NCBI GenBank assembly: GCA_039630085.1
Contig: JBCNVM010000001.1
Span: forward strand, 30,768 to 94,767
Direction of reading: 5' to 3'
Origin: Candidatus Caldarchaeales archaeon
GTDB lineage: Archaea > Thermoproteota > Nitrososphaeria_A > Caldarchaeales > Calditenuaceae
Length of the DNA stretch: 64,000 nt
Shown here: positions 6,811 to 17,139 of the stretch, piece by piece
Layout: every line of letters begins with the position of its first letter
How positions within the stretch are numbered: the stretch's first letter is position 1
Position numbers and translations under genes: made by a program
Notes under the pieces: model-generated
What the model saw: only the letters and a program-made list of their open reading frames with translations
Databases searched by the model: none
What the model was told of the DNA's origin: nothing

Positions 6811-8109
6811 CTACTTCCCTAACTTCGTTATCTCCCTGACGATCCCTGCTCCTATGGTCATCCCCATGTCCCTTAGCGCGAACCTCCCGAGCTGCGGGAA
6901 CTCGCTGTAGGGCTCGAGGGCCACGGGCTTGAGGGGTTGCAGCTTGACCATCGCGGCGTCGCCGGTCCTGAGGAACTGCGGGTTCTTCTCGACGACCTGG
7001 CCGGTCCTCGGGTCGATCTTCGCCTCCAGCTCCGCGAACCTGACTGCAGTCTGGGCCGTGTGGATGTGCATGACCGGGGTGTAGCCAACTGCTATCGCGG
7101 TCGGGTGGTTGATGATGATCACCTGGGCCCTGAACTCCTCAGCCACCTTGCAGGGGTTGTCCGAGTGACTGACGACCATCCCGCGGGCGAGCTGCGTCTT
7201 GTCGACGCCCTTGAGGTTGAAACCGATGTTGTCGCCGGGGACCGCCTGAGGGAGCGGCGTGTGGTGCATCTCTATGCTCTTGACCTCCGCCCTGATTCCG
7301 CCGGGCATGATCACGACCTGGTCGCCGGGCTTTAGGACGCCGGTCTCGACCCTGCCTACCGGTACGGTGCCTACCCCCTTGATCGAGTAGACGGCTTGGA
7401 TCGGGATCCTGAGCGGCTTGTCGACCGGCTTCGGAGGCTCTTGGAAGGCGTCGAGGGCCTCGAGGAAGGTCGGCCCGGTGTACCAAGGCATGTTCTTGCT
7501 CCTCTCGACGAGGTTGTCGCCCGTCCACCCGGAGACCGGGATGAAGTTGACCTTGGAGGGGTCGATGCCTATCTGCCTCATGAGCGCGGAGACACCCTGC
7601 TTCACCTCCTCGTACCTCTCCTTGGACCAGTTGACGGTCGGGTCGTCCATCTTGTTGATCAGCACTAGGATCTGCCTTATGCCGAGCATGTAGGCGAGGA
7701 AGAGGTGCTCCCTGGCCTGACCGCCGGGCGCGATCGCGACCTCGTACTCGCCCTTCTTCGCGGAGACCACGAGCACCGCCGCGTCGGCCTGGGAGGCTCC
7801 GGTGATCATGTTCTTGACGAAGTCCCTGTGGCCCGGCGCATCGATGATGGTGAAGAAGTTCTTCTTCGTCTCGAACTTCTGGAAGCTCAGCGTGATCGTC
7901 AGCCCCCTCTCCCTCTCCTCCTTGATCGTGTCCATGATGAACGCGTAGAGGAAGGTCTCCTTACCCAGCCTCTTCGCCTCCTCCTCGAGTTGCTTCAGCT
8001 GCCTCTCGTCGACCGCGCCGTTCAGCACCAGGAAGTGGCCCAACGTCGTCGACTTCCCGTGGTCGACGTGCCCTATCACGATCATGTTGATGTGCGGCTT
8101 TCCGGACAT
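6811..8109 (-). CDS. tuf: translation elongation factor aEF-1 alpha
   Basis: 432 aa; GHVDHGKST, DAPGHRDF and NKMD motifs; full-length similarity to the EF-1alpha/EF-Tu family. Confidence 0.97.
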   Translation of the reverse strand: MSGKPHINMIVIGHVDHGKSTTLGHFLVLNGAVDERQLKQLEEEAKRLGKETFLYAFIMDTIKEERERGLTITLSFQKFETKKNFFTIIDAPGHRDFVKNMITGASQADAAVLVVSAKKGEYEVAIAPGGQAREHLFLAYMLGIRQILVLINKMDDPTVNWSKERYEEVKQGVSALMRQIGIDPSKVNFIPVSGWTGDNLVERSKNMPWYTGPTFLEALDAFQEPPKPVDKPLRIPIQAVYSIKGVGTVPVGRVETGVLKPGDQVVIMPGGIRAEVKSIEMHHTPLPQAVPGDNIGFNLKGVDKTQLARGMVVSHSDNPCKVAEEFRAQVIIINHPTAIAVGYTPVMHIHTAQTAVRFAELEAKIDPRTGQVVEKNPQFLRTGDAAMVKLQPLKPVALEPYSEFPQLGRFALRDMGMTIGAGIVREITKLGK

Positions 8110-8229
8110 CCTCGCTCGGAGTTCTGAACCTACGTGCCGTATTTAAAATTCTTCCCCGGGAGCTGAGCGGAGCTCAGGTCTCGGAGCGCGCACGTCGGGT
8201 GACCGGATGAGCGGAACCGGCCAGCGGGC

Positions 8230-8787
8230 TCACCTAGAGGCCAGCGCGACCCTCTCCTGCTCGATCTTCTTCTTGACCGCGTAGCTCTTGACGTCGTTCG
8301 ACGCGGCAGCGATGATCTCGTCTGCGAGCGCCTCGTCTATTGTCTTTGCGGACCTGAAGGAGCTAGCCCTCGCGCCCTCCGCCATCCACCTCAGGGCCAG
8401 GTCGAGCCTCCTCTGGGGAGAGATGTCGACGGCCTTGAAGTAGGTGATGCCTCCGTAGGTGACCCGCGTCGTGTCCTCCCTGGGAGCCGCGTTCTCGATC
8501 GCCCTGACTAATACCTGAATCGGGTTCTCACCGGTCCTCAGCTGAATGATGTGGAGCGCGTTCTTCACCGCGAGCAGGGCCTTCTGCTTCTTCCCTCCGT
8601 TCTTGCCGGGCCTCATCAGCATGTTCGCGAGCCTCTCGACGACGTTCACGTTCGCCTTCCCGAACCTCCTGTGCTCGTGCCGGCCGCCGCTGTGGGGGAG
8701 GACCACGGGCTTCAGGTTGATGTACGCTCGAAGCCCCGGGTCCCTGACCTCGACGCCGCTGACGTCCCACTGGTCGAAGACCTTCAT
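8230..8787 (-). CDS. rps7: 30S ribosomal protein S7
   Basis: 185 aa; ...[20 protein letters not shown]...[12 protein letters not shown]... is typical archaeal S7. Confidence 0.93.
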   Translation of the reverse strand: MKVFDQWDVSGVEVRDPGLRAYINLKPVVLPHSGGRHEHRRFGKANVNVVERLANMLMRPGKNGGKKQKALLAVKNALHIIQLRTGENPIQVLVRAIENAAPREDTTRVTYGGITYFKAVDISPQRRLDLALRWMAEGARASSFRSAKTIDEALADEIIAAASNDVKSYAVKKKIEQERVALASR

Positions 8788-8906
8788 CGTCCGTCGTGAG
8801 CAGCCGCCGCAACAATTTAAGCGTGGTCTCCCGGAGGGCCTGACGTCCGGACCGCGAGTGCGGGCGATTACGGTTATAAAAGGGGCGTTCGGATTGTGAC
8901 AGCGGG

Positions 8907-9362
8907 TTGTTGGAGCGGAAGTCTGCGGGGGCGGTGATATTCAACGACAGCATCGGAGACCGGTACTACCTGTTGCTCCTCTACAGCGCTGGGCACTGGG
9001 ACTTCCCCAAGGGCGGGATCGAGGAGGGCGAGACCGAGGTCGAGGCGGTGGTCAGGGAGGTCTACGAGGAGACCGGGATAAGGGAGATGCAGTTGATAGA
9101 CGGGTTCAGGCAGACGATCCAGTACTCCTACAGGAGCCAGCAGGGAGAGGTGAGGAAGAGCGTGGTCTTCTACCTCGCGAAGACCGCGACGTTCGACGTC
9201 AGGCTCAGCCACGAGCACAAGGGCTACGCGTGGCTGAAGTACGAGGACGCGATCGACCAGCTCACGTACAACACCGCGAAGTCGGTGCTGAGGGTCGCCG
9301 ACGTCTTCCTGAACGGCCTGAGGAGGTCGAGCCAAGAGGGCAAAATTAAGGCCCTGAGGTAG
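8907..9362 (+). CDS. NUDIX hydrolase
   Basis: Nudix box [32 protein letters not shown] box at 8874-8881 precedes the TTG start. Confidence 0.85.
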   Translation: MLERKSAGAVIFNDSIGDRYYLLLLYSAGHWDFPKGGIEEGETEVEAVVREVYEETGIREMQLIDGFRQTIQYSYRSQQGEVRKSVVFYLAKTATFDVRLSHEHKGYAWLKYEDAIDQLTYNTAKSVLRVADVFLNGLRRSSQEGKIKALR

Positions 9363-9368
9363 GCGCGC

Positions 9369-11096
9369 TTGACGGGCAGGATCGCGGTCCTGACGCTACT
9401 CGCAGCCCTGATCTTCGCCAGCTTCGGGACCGTCGTCGGGGAGGAACATCAGCTCGAGCTGGAGGTCGTCGACGCCACGGGAAGGCCCGTGTCCGGTGTC
9501 GAGCTGGCGCTGATCGACGGAGGGGTGAGGAGGGCCTTCAGGACGACCGACGCTGGTCTCGCGGTCTTCAGGGCCCTCCAAGCCGGGACCTACCTCGCCC
9601 AGCTCCAGGTGGACGGGGTTCTGGTCCTCAACGAGACGGTCTCCGTGCCTCACGAGGGTAGGCCTAGGCTCGTGGCCAAGGTCGCGCCGCTGAGCCTAGT
9701 CGTCCTCGACGCCGACGGCCTCCCCGTGAAGGGCCTGACGGTCAGAGTGGCGGCCGGCGCGGGAAGGGTCGTAAGGGAGGCGGTGACCGGGGAGGCGGGG
9801 ACCGTCACGTACAGCAACCTCCCGCTGTCGGAGCTCCCTGCCGTGGGCGTATACACCGTCTCGATCAGGGTCCAGGGAGTTACGGCCGAACTGGGGACCC
9901 TGAGGCACGACCTATCCAGGGAGCGCTACGAGTTCGCCGGCCCCTTCGCGACGGTCCGGATAAGGGTCGTCGACTTGGCGGGCAACCCCCTCCCCGACGG
10001 CTCGGTCACGCTCCTCGCCGGCCGGGTGACCTACAGGGCGGGCATCGAGGAGGGCAACGCCGAGCTAAGGGGCGTCCTGACCTCCGACGTCGCCGGGATG
10101 TACGGCATCTCGGTCTTCAGGCTCTACGGGAGGAACCGCGTCAACGTCACGCTGCTCGACACGTCGCTGGAACTGGTCAGGTCGACCAACCTGACCCTCG
10201 TTGCCAACGCTCTGGACCTCGAGGTCAGGGCACTGGCCGACGGCCAGGACCCGATAGCGAGTGCGCGGGTGTCCGTGATCTCCGCGAGGGGCGAGCTGGA
10301 CTCCGGGGTCACCGACTCCGAGGGGAGGGCGAAGTTCAGGGCCCTGCCCGCCTCTCAGGCGGCTGAGGTCGGGGACTTGAGGCTGAGCCTCAGCCTCGGC
10401 GGGCGTTCCCTCCTTAACGTCACGCACAGGTTGACCCTCGAGGGCACCTCGCTCAGGCTCGCGGCAAGGAGGGTGGAGCTAATGGTAAGCTTGGTCGCCG
10501 CCGACGGGTCCCCGCTCGCGGGAGCGCTGGTCCAAACAACCGAACCCGGCACTGGCAGGAGGATCAACGCGACGTCGGACCGTTCCGGCATCGCACGTGT
10601 CAAGGCCCTGCCGGTCCCGCTGAGGGTTTCCGTCTTTTACGAGGGGGTTGTGGTCCACGCCGCGGACCTCGACCCCTCTAAGGGGACGGCCGAAGTCAGG
10701 GTCTCAGGCGCGAGGATACCTGTGACGGTCGAGGTGAGGGACTGGCTCGGCGCGAAGTCGCCCGGCTTGACTCTGAGGGCCCATCAGTCGGGCAGGGAGG
10801 TCGCTGTCCAGAGGACGGACGGCTCGTTCTCGCTGGTCGTCCCCGTGAAGGGGAGCCTGGCTCTGGAGGTTTACCTCGACGGCCGCCTGATCGAGAAGAG
10901 GGTTCTGGCGGTGACCGCGCCTTCCCACGAGGTCCTGGTGGTTAGCGGGCTCTTCGCCGGCGGCGGCCTGATGGGGCCGGAGGCGATAGGGCTGGCCTTC
11001 TCGGCGACGGTCTCCACGGCGATGATCGCGGCCGGGGTCTCCTTGGTCCTGAGGGCCCGGAGGCGGACGTCTGCGGCTCAGGCGAGGGCTTCGTAG
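9369..11096 (+). CDS. secreted/anchored surface protein with at least 5 carboxypeptidase-regulatory-like (prealbumin-fold) repeats
   Basis: N-terminal signal/TM (IAVLTLLAALIFASFG). Recurring VVDxxGxPvxGaxVxl...TDxxGxaxFxxLpxGxY units. Several NxS/T sequons. C-terminal TM plus a basic tail. Confidence 0.7.
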   Translation: MTGRIAVLTLLAALIFASFGTVVGEEHQLELEVVDATGRPVSGVELALIDGGVRRAFRTTDAGLAVFRALQAGTYLAQLQVDGVLVLNETVSVPHEGRPRLVAKVAPLSLVVLDADGLPVKGLTVRVAAGAGRVVREAVTGEAGTVTYSNLPLSELPAVGVYTVSIRVQGVTAELGTLRHDLSRERYEFAGPFATVRIRVVDLAGNPLPDGSVTLLAGRVTYRAGIEEGNAELRGVLTSDVAGMYGISVFRLYGRNRVNVTLLDTSLELVRSTNLTLVANALDLEVRALADGQDPIASARVSVISARGELDSGVTDSEGRAKFRALPASQAAEVGDLRLSLSLGGRSLLNVTHRLTLEGTSLRLAARRVELMVSLVAADGSPLAGALVQTTEPGTGRRINATSDRSGIARVKALPVPLRVSVFYEGVVVHAADLDPSKGTAEVRVSGARIPVTVEVRDWLGAKSPGLTLRAHQSGREVAVQRTDGSFSLVVPVKGSLALEVYLDGRLIEKRVLAVTAPSHEVLVVSGLFAGGGLMGPEAIGLAFSATVSTAMIAAGVSLVLRARRRTSAAQARAS

Positions 11097-11998
11097 AGCC
11101 TCAGGTAGGACTTGGTCACCCTCCGGTAGTCGAGGTCCTTCACGATCTCCCTGCCCCTCCTGATCAGCCTGTCCCTGGCCGACTCCAGCTCCCCGAATGC
11201 CTCCACCCACCTCTCAGGGACGGGGTCGGTCAGCAGCACCGCGTCCTCGAAGGGCTCGAAGGCCGGGATCCTGTTCGCGATGACCGGGCACCCCGAGGCC
11301 CAGGCCTCCAGCAGGACGCTCGGCATCCCCTCCCAACTCGACGTGATCATCAGGCAGACCGCGGACTTCATATGGGATATCACCTCCCTCCAGGGCGCGA
11401 CCCGTTCAACGCCGAAGGCGACGTGCCTGACCCCGAGCCTCCTCACCACCTCCTTGAAGAGGCGGTAGTTCTTGATCGGGTCGTTCCTCCCTACGAAGAG
11501 GACGCAGCTCTCCTCGGCGGGCTCGACCTCCTCGATCGCCCGGACGTCGGTCATGTTGGGTATCCAGGTCCAACCCCTCCTGTCGGCTTCGTAACGCATC
11601 ACGGTCGTGAGGGCACCAACGCGTCCCCGCATCGCCCTGATCCCGAACCAGAGCGCGTCCGCGACCGGCCCGTACTTCATCCTGAACTCGGCCTCTCCGC
11701 CGTGCACGGTGACCACGCCCCTCTCCGCGAAGGCGAGCGATGCCAGCAGCTTCGGCGAGTGGACGTGCACCACATCGAACCCCCTCACCCTCAGCGACGC
11801 CCCGACCGAGAAGGTGAGCGACTTGAGCTTCGGGACTCCCAGCGCCCACGCGTTGCCCGCGTGCACCGCGACGGCGTTCACCCCTTCCTCCCTCAGCCCC
11901 CTGTGGAGCAGTTGGACGTGCCTGCCGGATCCGCTCGCGCCGCCGTAGGTGTAGTTGACCAGAGCGACCCTCAACCCTTCGCCGACGGTGCGTTCCAA
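11078..11998 (-). CDS. glycosyltransferase, GT4/group 1 family
   Basis: 306 aa; GT-B-like N-terminus (GGASGSGRHV) and C-terminal ...TSSWEGMPSVLLEAWASGCPVIA (EX7E-type region). Confidence 0.75.
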   Translation of the reverse strand: MERTVGEGLRVALVNYTYGGASGSGRHVQLLHRGLREEGVNAVAVHAGNAWALGVPKLKSLTFSVGASLRVRGFDVVHVHSPKLLASLAFAERGVVTVHGGEAEFRMKYGPVADALWFGIRAMRGRVGALTTVMRYEADRRGWTWIPNMTDVRAIEEVEPAEESCVLFVGRNDPIKNYRLFKEVVRRLGVRHVAFGVERVAPWREVISHMKSAVCLMITSSWEGMPSVLLEAWASGCPVIANRIPAFEPFEDAVLLTDPVPERWVEAFGELESARDRLIRRGREIVKDLDYRRVTKSYLRLYEALA

Positions 11999-12033
11999 CG
12001 TTTAATAGGTGAACCCGTGTCCGGACCGCAGAG

Positions 12034-12459
12034 ATGTCGGCCGAGGCGCAGGCGCAGCAGCCGAAGAGGGAGGAGAAGCTCGTCTGGGGGGTCGTCCACA
12101 TCTATTCCTCCTACAACAACGTCGTCGTCCACGTGACTGACCTGACCGGCTCGGAGACGTTCGCGAGGGCCTCCGGGGGGATGTTCGTGACCGGGGGGAG
12201 GATGGAGGCCTCGCCCTACGCGGCGATGAGGGCCGCGAGCTTCGCGATGGAGGTCGCGAAGTCGAAGGGCATCAACGCGGTCCACATCAAGGTCAGGGCG
12301 CCGGGAGGCGTGAAGTCGAAGACCCCGGGTCCCGGGACGCAGGCCGCGATAAGGGCGATCGCCAGGTCCGGCCTCCTAATCGGGAGGATCGAGGACGTCA
12401 CGCCCACGTCCCACGACAGCGTCAGGAAGAAGGGGGGCAGGAGGGGAAGGCGGGTCTAG
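12034..12459 (+). CDS. rps11: 30S ribosomal protein S11
   Basis: 141 aa; [19 protein letters not shown]...PYAAM...RAPGG...[10 protein letters not shown]...I.DVTP. Confidence 0.93.
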   Translation: MSAEAQAQQPKREEKLVWGVVHIYSSYNNVVVHVTDLTGSETFARASGGMFVTGGRMEASPYAAMRAASFAMEVAKSKGINAVHIKVRAPGGVKSKTPGPGTQAAIRAIARSGLLIGRIEDVTPTSHDSVRKKGGRRGRRV

Positions 12460-12510
12460 GCCCCGGGATTTAAATACAGGTTAAAATCCTCGAGCGCGGT
12501 TGCTCCGAAT

Positions 12511-13005
12511 GTGAAGAGGCTCTACCTTGCGGTCTTGGCGGTCGTGATCGCGGTCGTCGCGGGCGTCGGTGTGGTCTTCGGCGTCGGGTCGGTGCCAGTC
12601 GCGGAGGACGTGGCCGCGCGACACGGCACGAAGGCCGGAGCCATCTTCCTGAACCTCAGGAACAACGGCTTCTTAGCCGACTGCGTCGTGGGCGTCGAGG
12701 TCTACGGCGAGACCAAGGACGGCAAGAGGGTCGATCTCCAGTCGGAGCTCCACACGACCGTCATGGAGGGCAACGTGATGAAGATGGTTAAGGTGGACAG
12801 GGTCTGCGTCGGGCCCTTCAGCGTCGTCAGAATGAGGGGCGCCGAGGGAGAGGGCTACCACGTGATGGTCTTCGGCGAGATCGAGAAGGTCGACATGTAC
12901 CACGTCTACCTGAAGTTCCAGAGCGGCAAGGTCCTCCACTTCCACGTGAAGGCTCCGACCGCGACCGGTCACACCGACCACGGCATGGGACACAAGCACG
13001 GCTGA
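12511..13005 (+). CDS. PCu(A)C-like copper chaperone (DUF461-like) with a signal anchor and His-rich tail
   Basis: N-terminal TM; HTTVMEGNVMKM and GYHVMVFG resemble the H/M copper-binding motifs of PCuAC; C-terminal HTDHGMGHKHG. Confidence 0.55.
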   Translation: MKRLYLAVLAVVIAVVAGVGVVFGVGSVPVAEDVAARHGTKAGAIFLNLRNNGFLADCVVGVEVYGETKDGKRVDLQSELHTTVMEGNVMKMVKVDRVCVGPFSVVRMRGAEGEGYHVMVFGEIEKVDMYHVYLKFQSGKVLHFHVKAPTATGHTDHGMGHKHG

Positions 13006-13071
13006 CCCATCCCCTCGAGTTAACTCTCTAAGGGTAAGCTTATTTATTGTTCTTGGACTTCGTGAGACGAA

Positions 13072-14853
13072 ATGGGGAGGATCCTGGAGGAGCTCTCAAA
13101 CCGGTCATCGAGGAGGCTCGGGTACTGGGCCGACCTCAGGGCCAGGCGGGAGGAGAGGAGGAACAGGTCGCCGATGTTTAGGGAAGAGGCGCTCGAGAGG
13201 TTGAGGACCCTCCAGTCGTTATGGGAGAAGAAGTATCAGGAGAGCGTCTGCGCGATGCCGGAGAGGAAGAGGTCCTTCGAGACGACCTCGGGAATCGAGG
13301 TCAAGCCGCTCTACACGCCGCTGGACGTCAGCTGGCTCGACTACGAGACCGACCTCGGCTTCCCGGGCGAGTACCCCTACACGAGGGGAGTTTACACGTC
13401 GATGTACAGGTCCAAGGTCTGGACGATGCGGATGTTCGCGGGCTTCGGGACCCCCGAGGACACCAACAGGCGGTTCAAGTTCCTGCTGGATCACGGCGAG
13501 ACCGGCCTGAGCCTGGCCTTCGACATGCCGACCCTCTACGGCTACGACCCCGACAGCCCGAGGGCCGAGGGCGAGGTGGGGAAGTGCGGCGTCTCGGTCG
13601 CGACCGTGAAGGACATGGAGGTGATCTTCGAGGGCATTCCACTGGACAAGGTCAGCGTCTCCATGACGATCAACGCGCCTGCGGCTGTCCTCCTCGCGAT
13701 GCTGGTCGTCGTCGCGGAGAGGCAGGGCGTGCCGATGCGCGCGCTCAGCGGAACTACGCAGACCGACATACTGAAGGAATTCATCGCCCAGAAGGAGTGG
13801 GCCTTCACGCCCGAGGCCCACCTCCGGATCATCAGGGACATGATGGAGTTCTGCACCGAGAACATGCCCAAGTGGCACTACGTCAGCGTCAGCGGGTACC
13901 ACATAAGGGAGGCCGGGGCCAGCGCGGCCCAGGAGCTGAGCTTCACCCTGATGGACGGGTTCACCTACGTCGATCTTGGAATATCCTCCGGCCTGAAGCC
14001 CGACGAGTTCCTCCCGCGCTTCTCGTTCTTCTTCAACTCCACGATGAACTTCTTCGAGGAGATCGCGAAGTTCAGGGCCTCAAGGAAGATCTGGGCCACC
14101 GTGATGAGGGAGTTCTACGGCGTCCGGAATCCGAGGGCCCTCACCCTTAGGTTCCACACGCAGAACTCCGGTGCCTCGCTGACGTGGCAGCAGCCGCTGA
14201 ACAACATCATCAGGACAACGATCGAGGCCCTCGCCGCGGTCCTAGGCGGGACCCAGTCTCTCCACACCAACTCCTACGACGAGGCTTGGGCCCTTCCGTC
14301 CGAGGAGGCGGTCCTCGTGGCCCTCAGGACCCAGCAGATAATCGCAGAGGAGACCGACATCCCCGACACGATCGACCCGCTCGCGGGCTCCTACTTCGTC
14401 GAGTGGCTGACGGACCAGATGGTCGAGAAGGCCCTCGACTACTTCTACAAGATCGACGAGCTCGGAGGGATGGTGAGGGCGATCGAGACGGGATACGTCC
14501 AGAGGGAGATACACGAGGTCGCATACAGGACGCAGCTGGCGGTCGAGCGGGGCGAGTCCGTGATAGTCGGCGTCAACAAGTACGTCATCCCCGATGAGAA
14601 GCCGATCAGATACCTCAGGATCGACGAGAGGGTGAGGGACGTTCAGGTCGCGAGGCTGGAGGAGGTCAAGAGGACGAGGGACAGGGAGAGGGTGGCGAGG
14701 GCCCTCGACCAGCTCAGGTGGGCCTTCGAGCACGAGGACGTCAACGTGATGCCCTACATCATCGAGGCGGTCAGGTCCCACGCGACGCTGGAGGAGATAA
14801 TGAACGTCGGCCGCGAGGTCTTCGGGACCTGGAAGGAGCCCCAGATCATCTGA
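13072..14853 (+). CDS. methylmalonyl-CoA mutase, large (catalytic) subunit
   Basis: 593 aa; characteristic blocks EYPYTRG, WTMRMFAGFGT, GLSLAFDMPT, RFHTQNSG. A TTATTTATT TATA box lies ~28 nt upstream. Confidence 0.93.
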   Translation: MGRILEELSNRSSRRLGYWADLRARREERRNRSPMFREEALERLRTLQSLWEKKYQESVCAMPERKRSFETTSGIEVKPLYTPLDVSWLDYETDLGFPGEYPYTRGVYTSMYRSKVWTMRMFAGFGTPEDTNRRFKFLLDHGETGLSLAFDMPTLYGYDPDSPRAEGEVGKCGVSVATVKDMEVIFEGIPLDKVSVSMTINAPAAVLLAMLVVVAERQGVPMRALSGTTQTDILKEFIAQKEWAFTPEAHLRIIRDMMEFCTENMPKWHYVSVSGYHIREAGASAAQELSFTLMDGFTYVDLGISSGLKPDEFLPRFSFFFNSTMNFFEEIAKFRASRKIWATVMREFYGVRNPRALTLRFHTQNSGASLTWQQPLNNIIRTTIEALAAVLGGTQSLHTNSYDEAWALPSEEAVLVALRTQQIIAEETDIPDTIDPLAGSYFVEWLTDQMVEKALDYFYKIDELGGMVRAIETGYVQREIHEVAYRTQLAVERGESVIVGVNKYVIPDEKPIRYLRIDERVRDVQVARLEEVKRTRDRERVARALDQLRWAFEHEDVNVMPYIIEAVRSHATLEEIMNVGREVFGTWKEPQII

Positions 14854-14871
14854 GCCGGCGCCGATTCCCCT

Positions 14872-15309
14872 TCAGCCCGCCTCCTTCCACCTCTCCCTTC
14901 TCACCCTTTCGACGATGTGGTTGATGATCACGTCCAGCGGCGTGCCCGGCCCGAAGTTCCCGGAGATCCCCTCGCTCTCCAAGATGGGCCTGTCCTCCGG
15001 CGGTATGATGCCACCCCCGACGACGATCTTGTCCCCCGCTCCCCTCTCCCTCAGGAGCCTCGCGACCCTGATGAAGTTGGGGATGTGGTCGGCGTTGTGG
15101 AGGCTCAGCGCCACCACGTCGACGTCCTCCTGTATCGCGATCTCCACCACCTCCTCGGGGCTCCGGAGTATGCCGCCGTAGACTACCTCCATCCCCGCGT
15201 CCCTGAAGGCCCTCGCCAGTATCAGCAGGCCCCTGTCGTGGCCGTCGAGCCCCGGCTTCGCGAGGAGTATCCTGATCCTCCGAACGCCCCTCTGGGCCTG
15301 CTCGGTCAT
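14872..15309 (-). CDS. methylmalonyl-CoA mutase, B12-binding small subunit
   Basis: 145 aa; cobalamin-binding DxHxxG motif (GLDGHDRG) and a Rossmann-like fold. Convergent with the large subunit gene. Confidence 0.9.
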   Translation of the reverse strand: MTEQAQRGVRRIRILLAKPGLDGHDRGLLILARAFRDAGMEVVYGGILRSPEEVVEIAIQEDVDVVALSLHNADHIPNFIRVARLLRERGAGDKIVVGGGIIPPEDRPILESEGISGNFGPGTPLDVIINHIVERVRRERWKEAG

Positions 15310-15407
15310 CCCGGGTTCTAGCCGGGAAGCCTCGGGTAATTAGAGTTCGCCGGCCGGTCTGAGGGGGTTCGGTTCTTTTACCGGCCCCTTCCCCGATAAC
15401 CCGGTCG

Positions 15408-16223
15408 GTGGGGTTGGTCCTGAACTACGGCGACAGGGTGCTCCTCCTCACCGAGAGGGGCAACAGGTACCTCGTGACGCTCAAGCGGGGCGAGAGGTTG
15501 CATTCGGAGGACGGAGTCGTGAGCCACGACTCGCTGATCGGACTCGAGCACGGCGACGTCGTCGAGTCCAGCACCGGCGTTAGGGCCGCGGTCCTTTACC
15601 CGACCGTCTACGAGCTCTTGGCCTCGATGCCCCGCAGGACCCAGATCGTCTACCCGAAGGACCTCGGGATGATCGCGTTCCTCGCCGACGCAAGGCCGGG
15701 TTCCAGGATCGTCGAGGGCGGAACCGGGAGCGGCGTGCTCGCGCTCTACCTCGCGACCCGCGTCAGCCCCGGCGGCCTGGTGGTCAGCTACGATCTCTCC
15801 GACGAGAGGTTCCCCGTGATAGAGCGGACGGCCGAGAGGCTCGGCGTGAGGCAGGCCCTGGCGCTGAGGAAGGGAGACCTCGCGGAGCCCGAGGAGAGGG
15901 ACGTGGACGCGTTCGTCGCCGACGTCCCGGAGCCTTGGGGCGTCGTCGGGGGCGCGGTGAAGGCCCTGAGGGGAGGGGGGACCTTCGTCGCGATCGTCCC
16001 CTCGGTGAACCAGCTCGAGAGGACGGTCTCGGCGATGAGGGCTTCGGGCATCGTCGACTACTTCGTGGGCGAGCTGATGATAAGGCCGTGGAGGGTCAGG
16101 GTCGGCGCGACGAGGCCGGTCCACGTTACGCGGGGCCACACGGTCTTCATCGCGTCCGGCCGGAAGGTCAACGCGGGGGACGTCTCGTCCTGGAACCTGA
16201 AGCTGCCCCTAGGGTTCAGGTGA
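15408..16223 (+). CDS. trmI: tRNA (adenine-N1)-methyltransferase TrmI (Gcd14 family)
   Basis: 271 aa; N-terminal beta domain, RTQIVYPKDLG and SAM motif VEGGTGSG. Confidence 0.85.
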   Translation: MGLVLNYGDRVLLLTERGNRYLVTLKRGERLHSEDGVVSHDSLIGLEHGDVVESSTGVRAAVLYPTVYELLASMPRRTQIVYPKDLGMIAFLADARPGSRIVEGGTGSGVLALYLATRVSPGGLVVSYDLSDERFPVIERTAERLGVRQALALRKGDLAEPEERDVDAFVADVPEPWGVVGGAVKALRGGGTFVAIVPSVNQLERTVSAMRASGIVDYFVGELMIRPWRVRVGATRPVHVTRGHTVFIASGRKVNAGDVSSWNLKLPLGFR

Positions 16224-16824
16224 CCCTGAGGCTGGACTCGAGGAGGTTGAGGTACTCGATCAGCCTGGAGGAGAGCTCCTGGGCGTGCTGGAACGGATAG
16301 GACTGCGGGTATCTGCAGGACATCTTGACGTAGTAGCACTTGGCGTAGGACGCAGCGGCTATCGCGGCCATCTCGCTTAACCTCTGGTGCTCCTCTATCT
16401 CCTCGAGGGGCTCGAGGCCCCGCCTCCTCGAGACGTCCTCGTCCCTGCTCCTCCTCTCGAGGATGTCCTCGGGCCTGAAGTCAAGAAAGACCACCGCGTG
16501 GGGCCTGATCGCCTCCAGCAGGTCCGGAGGGAGACCCGGGTAGTAACCGAAGGGCGACTTGATGAGGGAGTGGGTGTCCACGAGGACCTTTCCGTCCATC
16601 GCGCCTATCCTCCTCGCGGCCTCGAGCTGGACGACCCTGTACTCCTCGACCGGGATGGCCCTCCTCATCTCGTCCCTTGAGCTCAGGTTGTACCTGGTCT
16701 TCGCGATCTCGAACATCACGTCGCCGAGGTTCGTCACCACGACCTCCGGGGCCTTCTCCCTCACCATCCTGAGGATCGTCGTCTTGCCAGATCCTGGGAC
16801 CGCAGTCACGATGACCCGCACCAT
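16216..16824 (-). CDS. adkA: archaeal-type adenylate kinase
   Basis: 202 aa; P-loop VPGSGKTT; length and layout match archaeal AdkA. Confidence 0.8.
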   Translation of the reverse strand: MVRVIVTAVPGSGKTTILRMVREKAPEVVVTNLGDVMFEIAKTRYNLSSRDEMRRAIPVEEYRVVQLEAARRIGAMDGKVLVDTHSLIKSPFGYYPGLPPDLLEAIRPHAVVFLDFRPEDILERRSRDEDVSRRRGLEPLEEIEEHQRLSEMAAIAAASYAKCYYVKMSCRYPQSYPFQHAQELSSRLIEYLNLLESSLRVT

Positions 16825-16861
16825 AACCGCGGAATGTCCTGCGAGCGGGCGCCTAATTGAG

Positions 16862-17101
16862 CTATACCCTGCCGATGCGGAGCTCCGGGAAGAGGGACCT
16901 GGCCGCCTCGATGACGTCCTCCCTCCTCACGGTCCTCCTGCCCGCGGACGCGGCAACCTCGATCGCCCTCGCGCTGATCTTCATCCCTATCAGCTCCAGT
17001 ATCGCCCTCAGCTCCTCCGCGGCCTCCTCGCTGACCCTGACGGCCCCTGCCCTCTTCAGCATCCTGTGGACAGGGGCCATCGAGAGCTCCCGCATCCCCA
17101 T
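16862..17101 (-). CDS. archaeal histone (HMf-type histone fold)
   Basis: 79 aa; ...APVHRMLKRAGAVRVSEEAAEELRAILE...ARAIEVAASAGRRTVRREDV... matches the archaeal histone pattern. Confidence 0.88.
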   Translation of the reverse strand: MGMRELSMAPVHRMLKRAGAVRVSEEAAEELRAILELIGMKISARAIEVAASAGRRTVRREDVIEAARSLFPELRIGRV

Positions 17102-17139
17102 CGACTCTACCGCGCAGCGGGCTATAGCGTTTCACGGCG

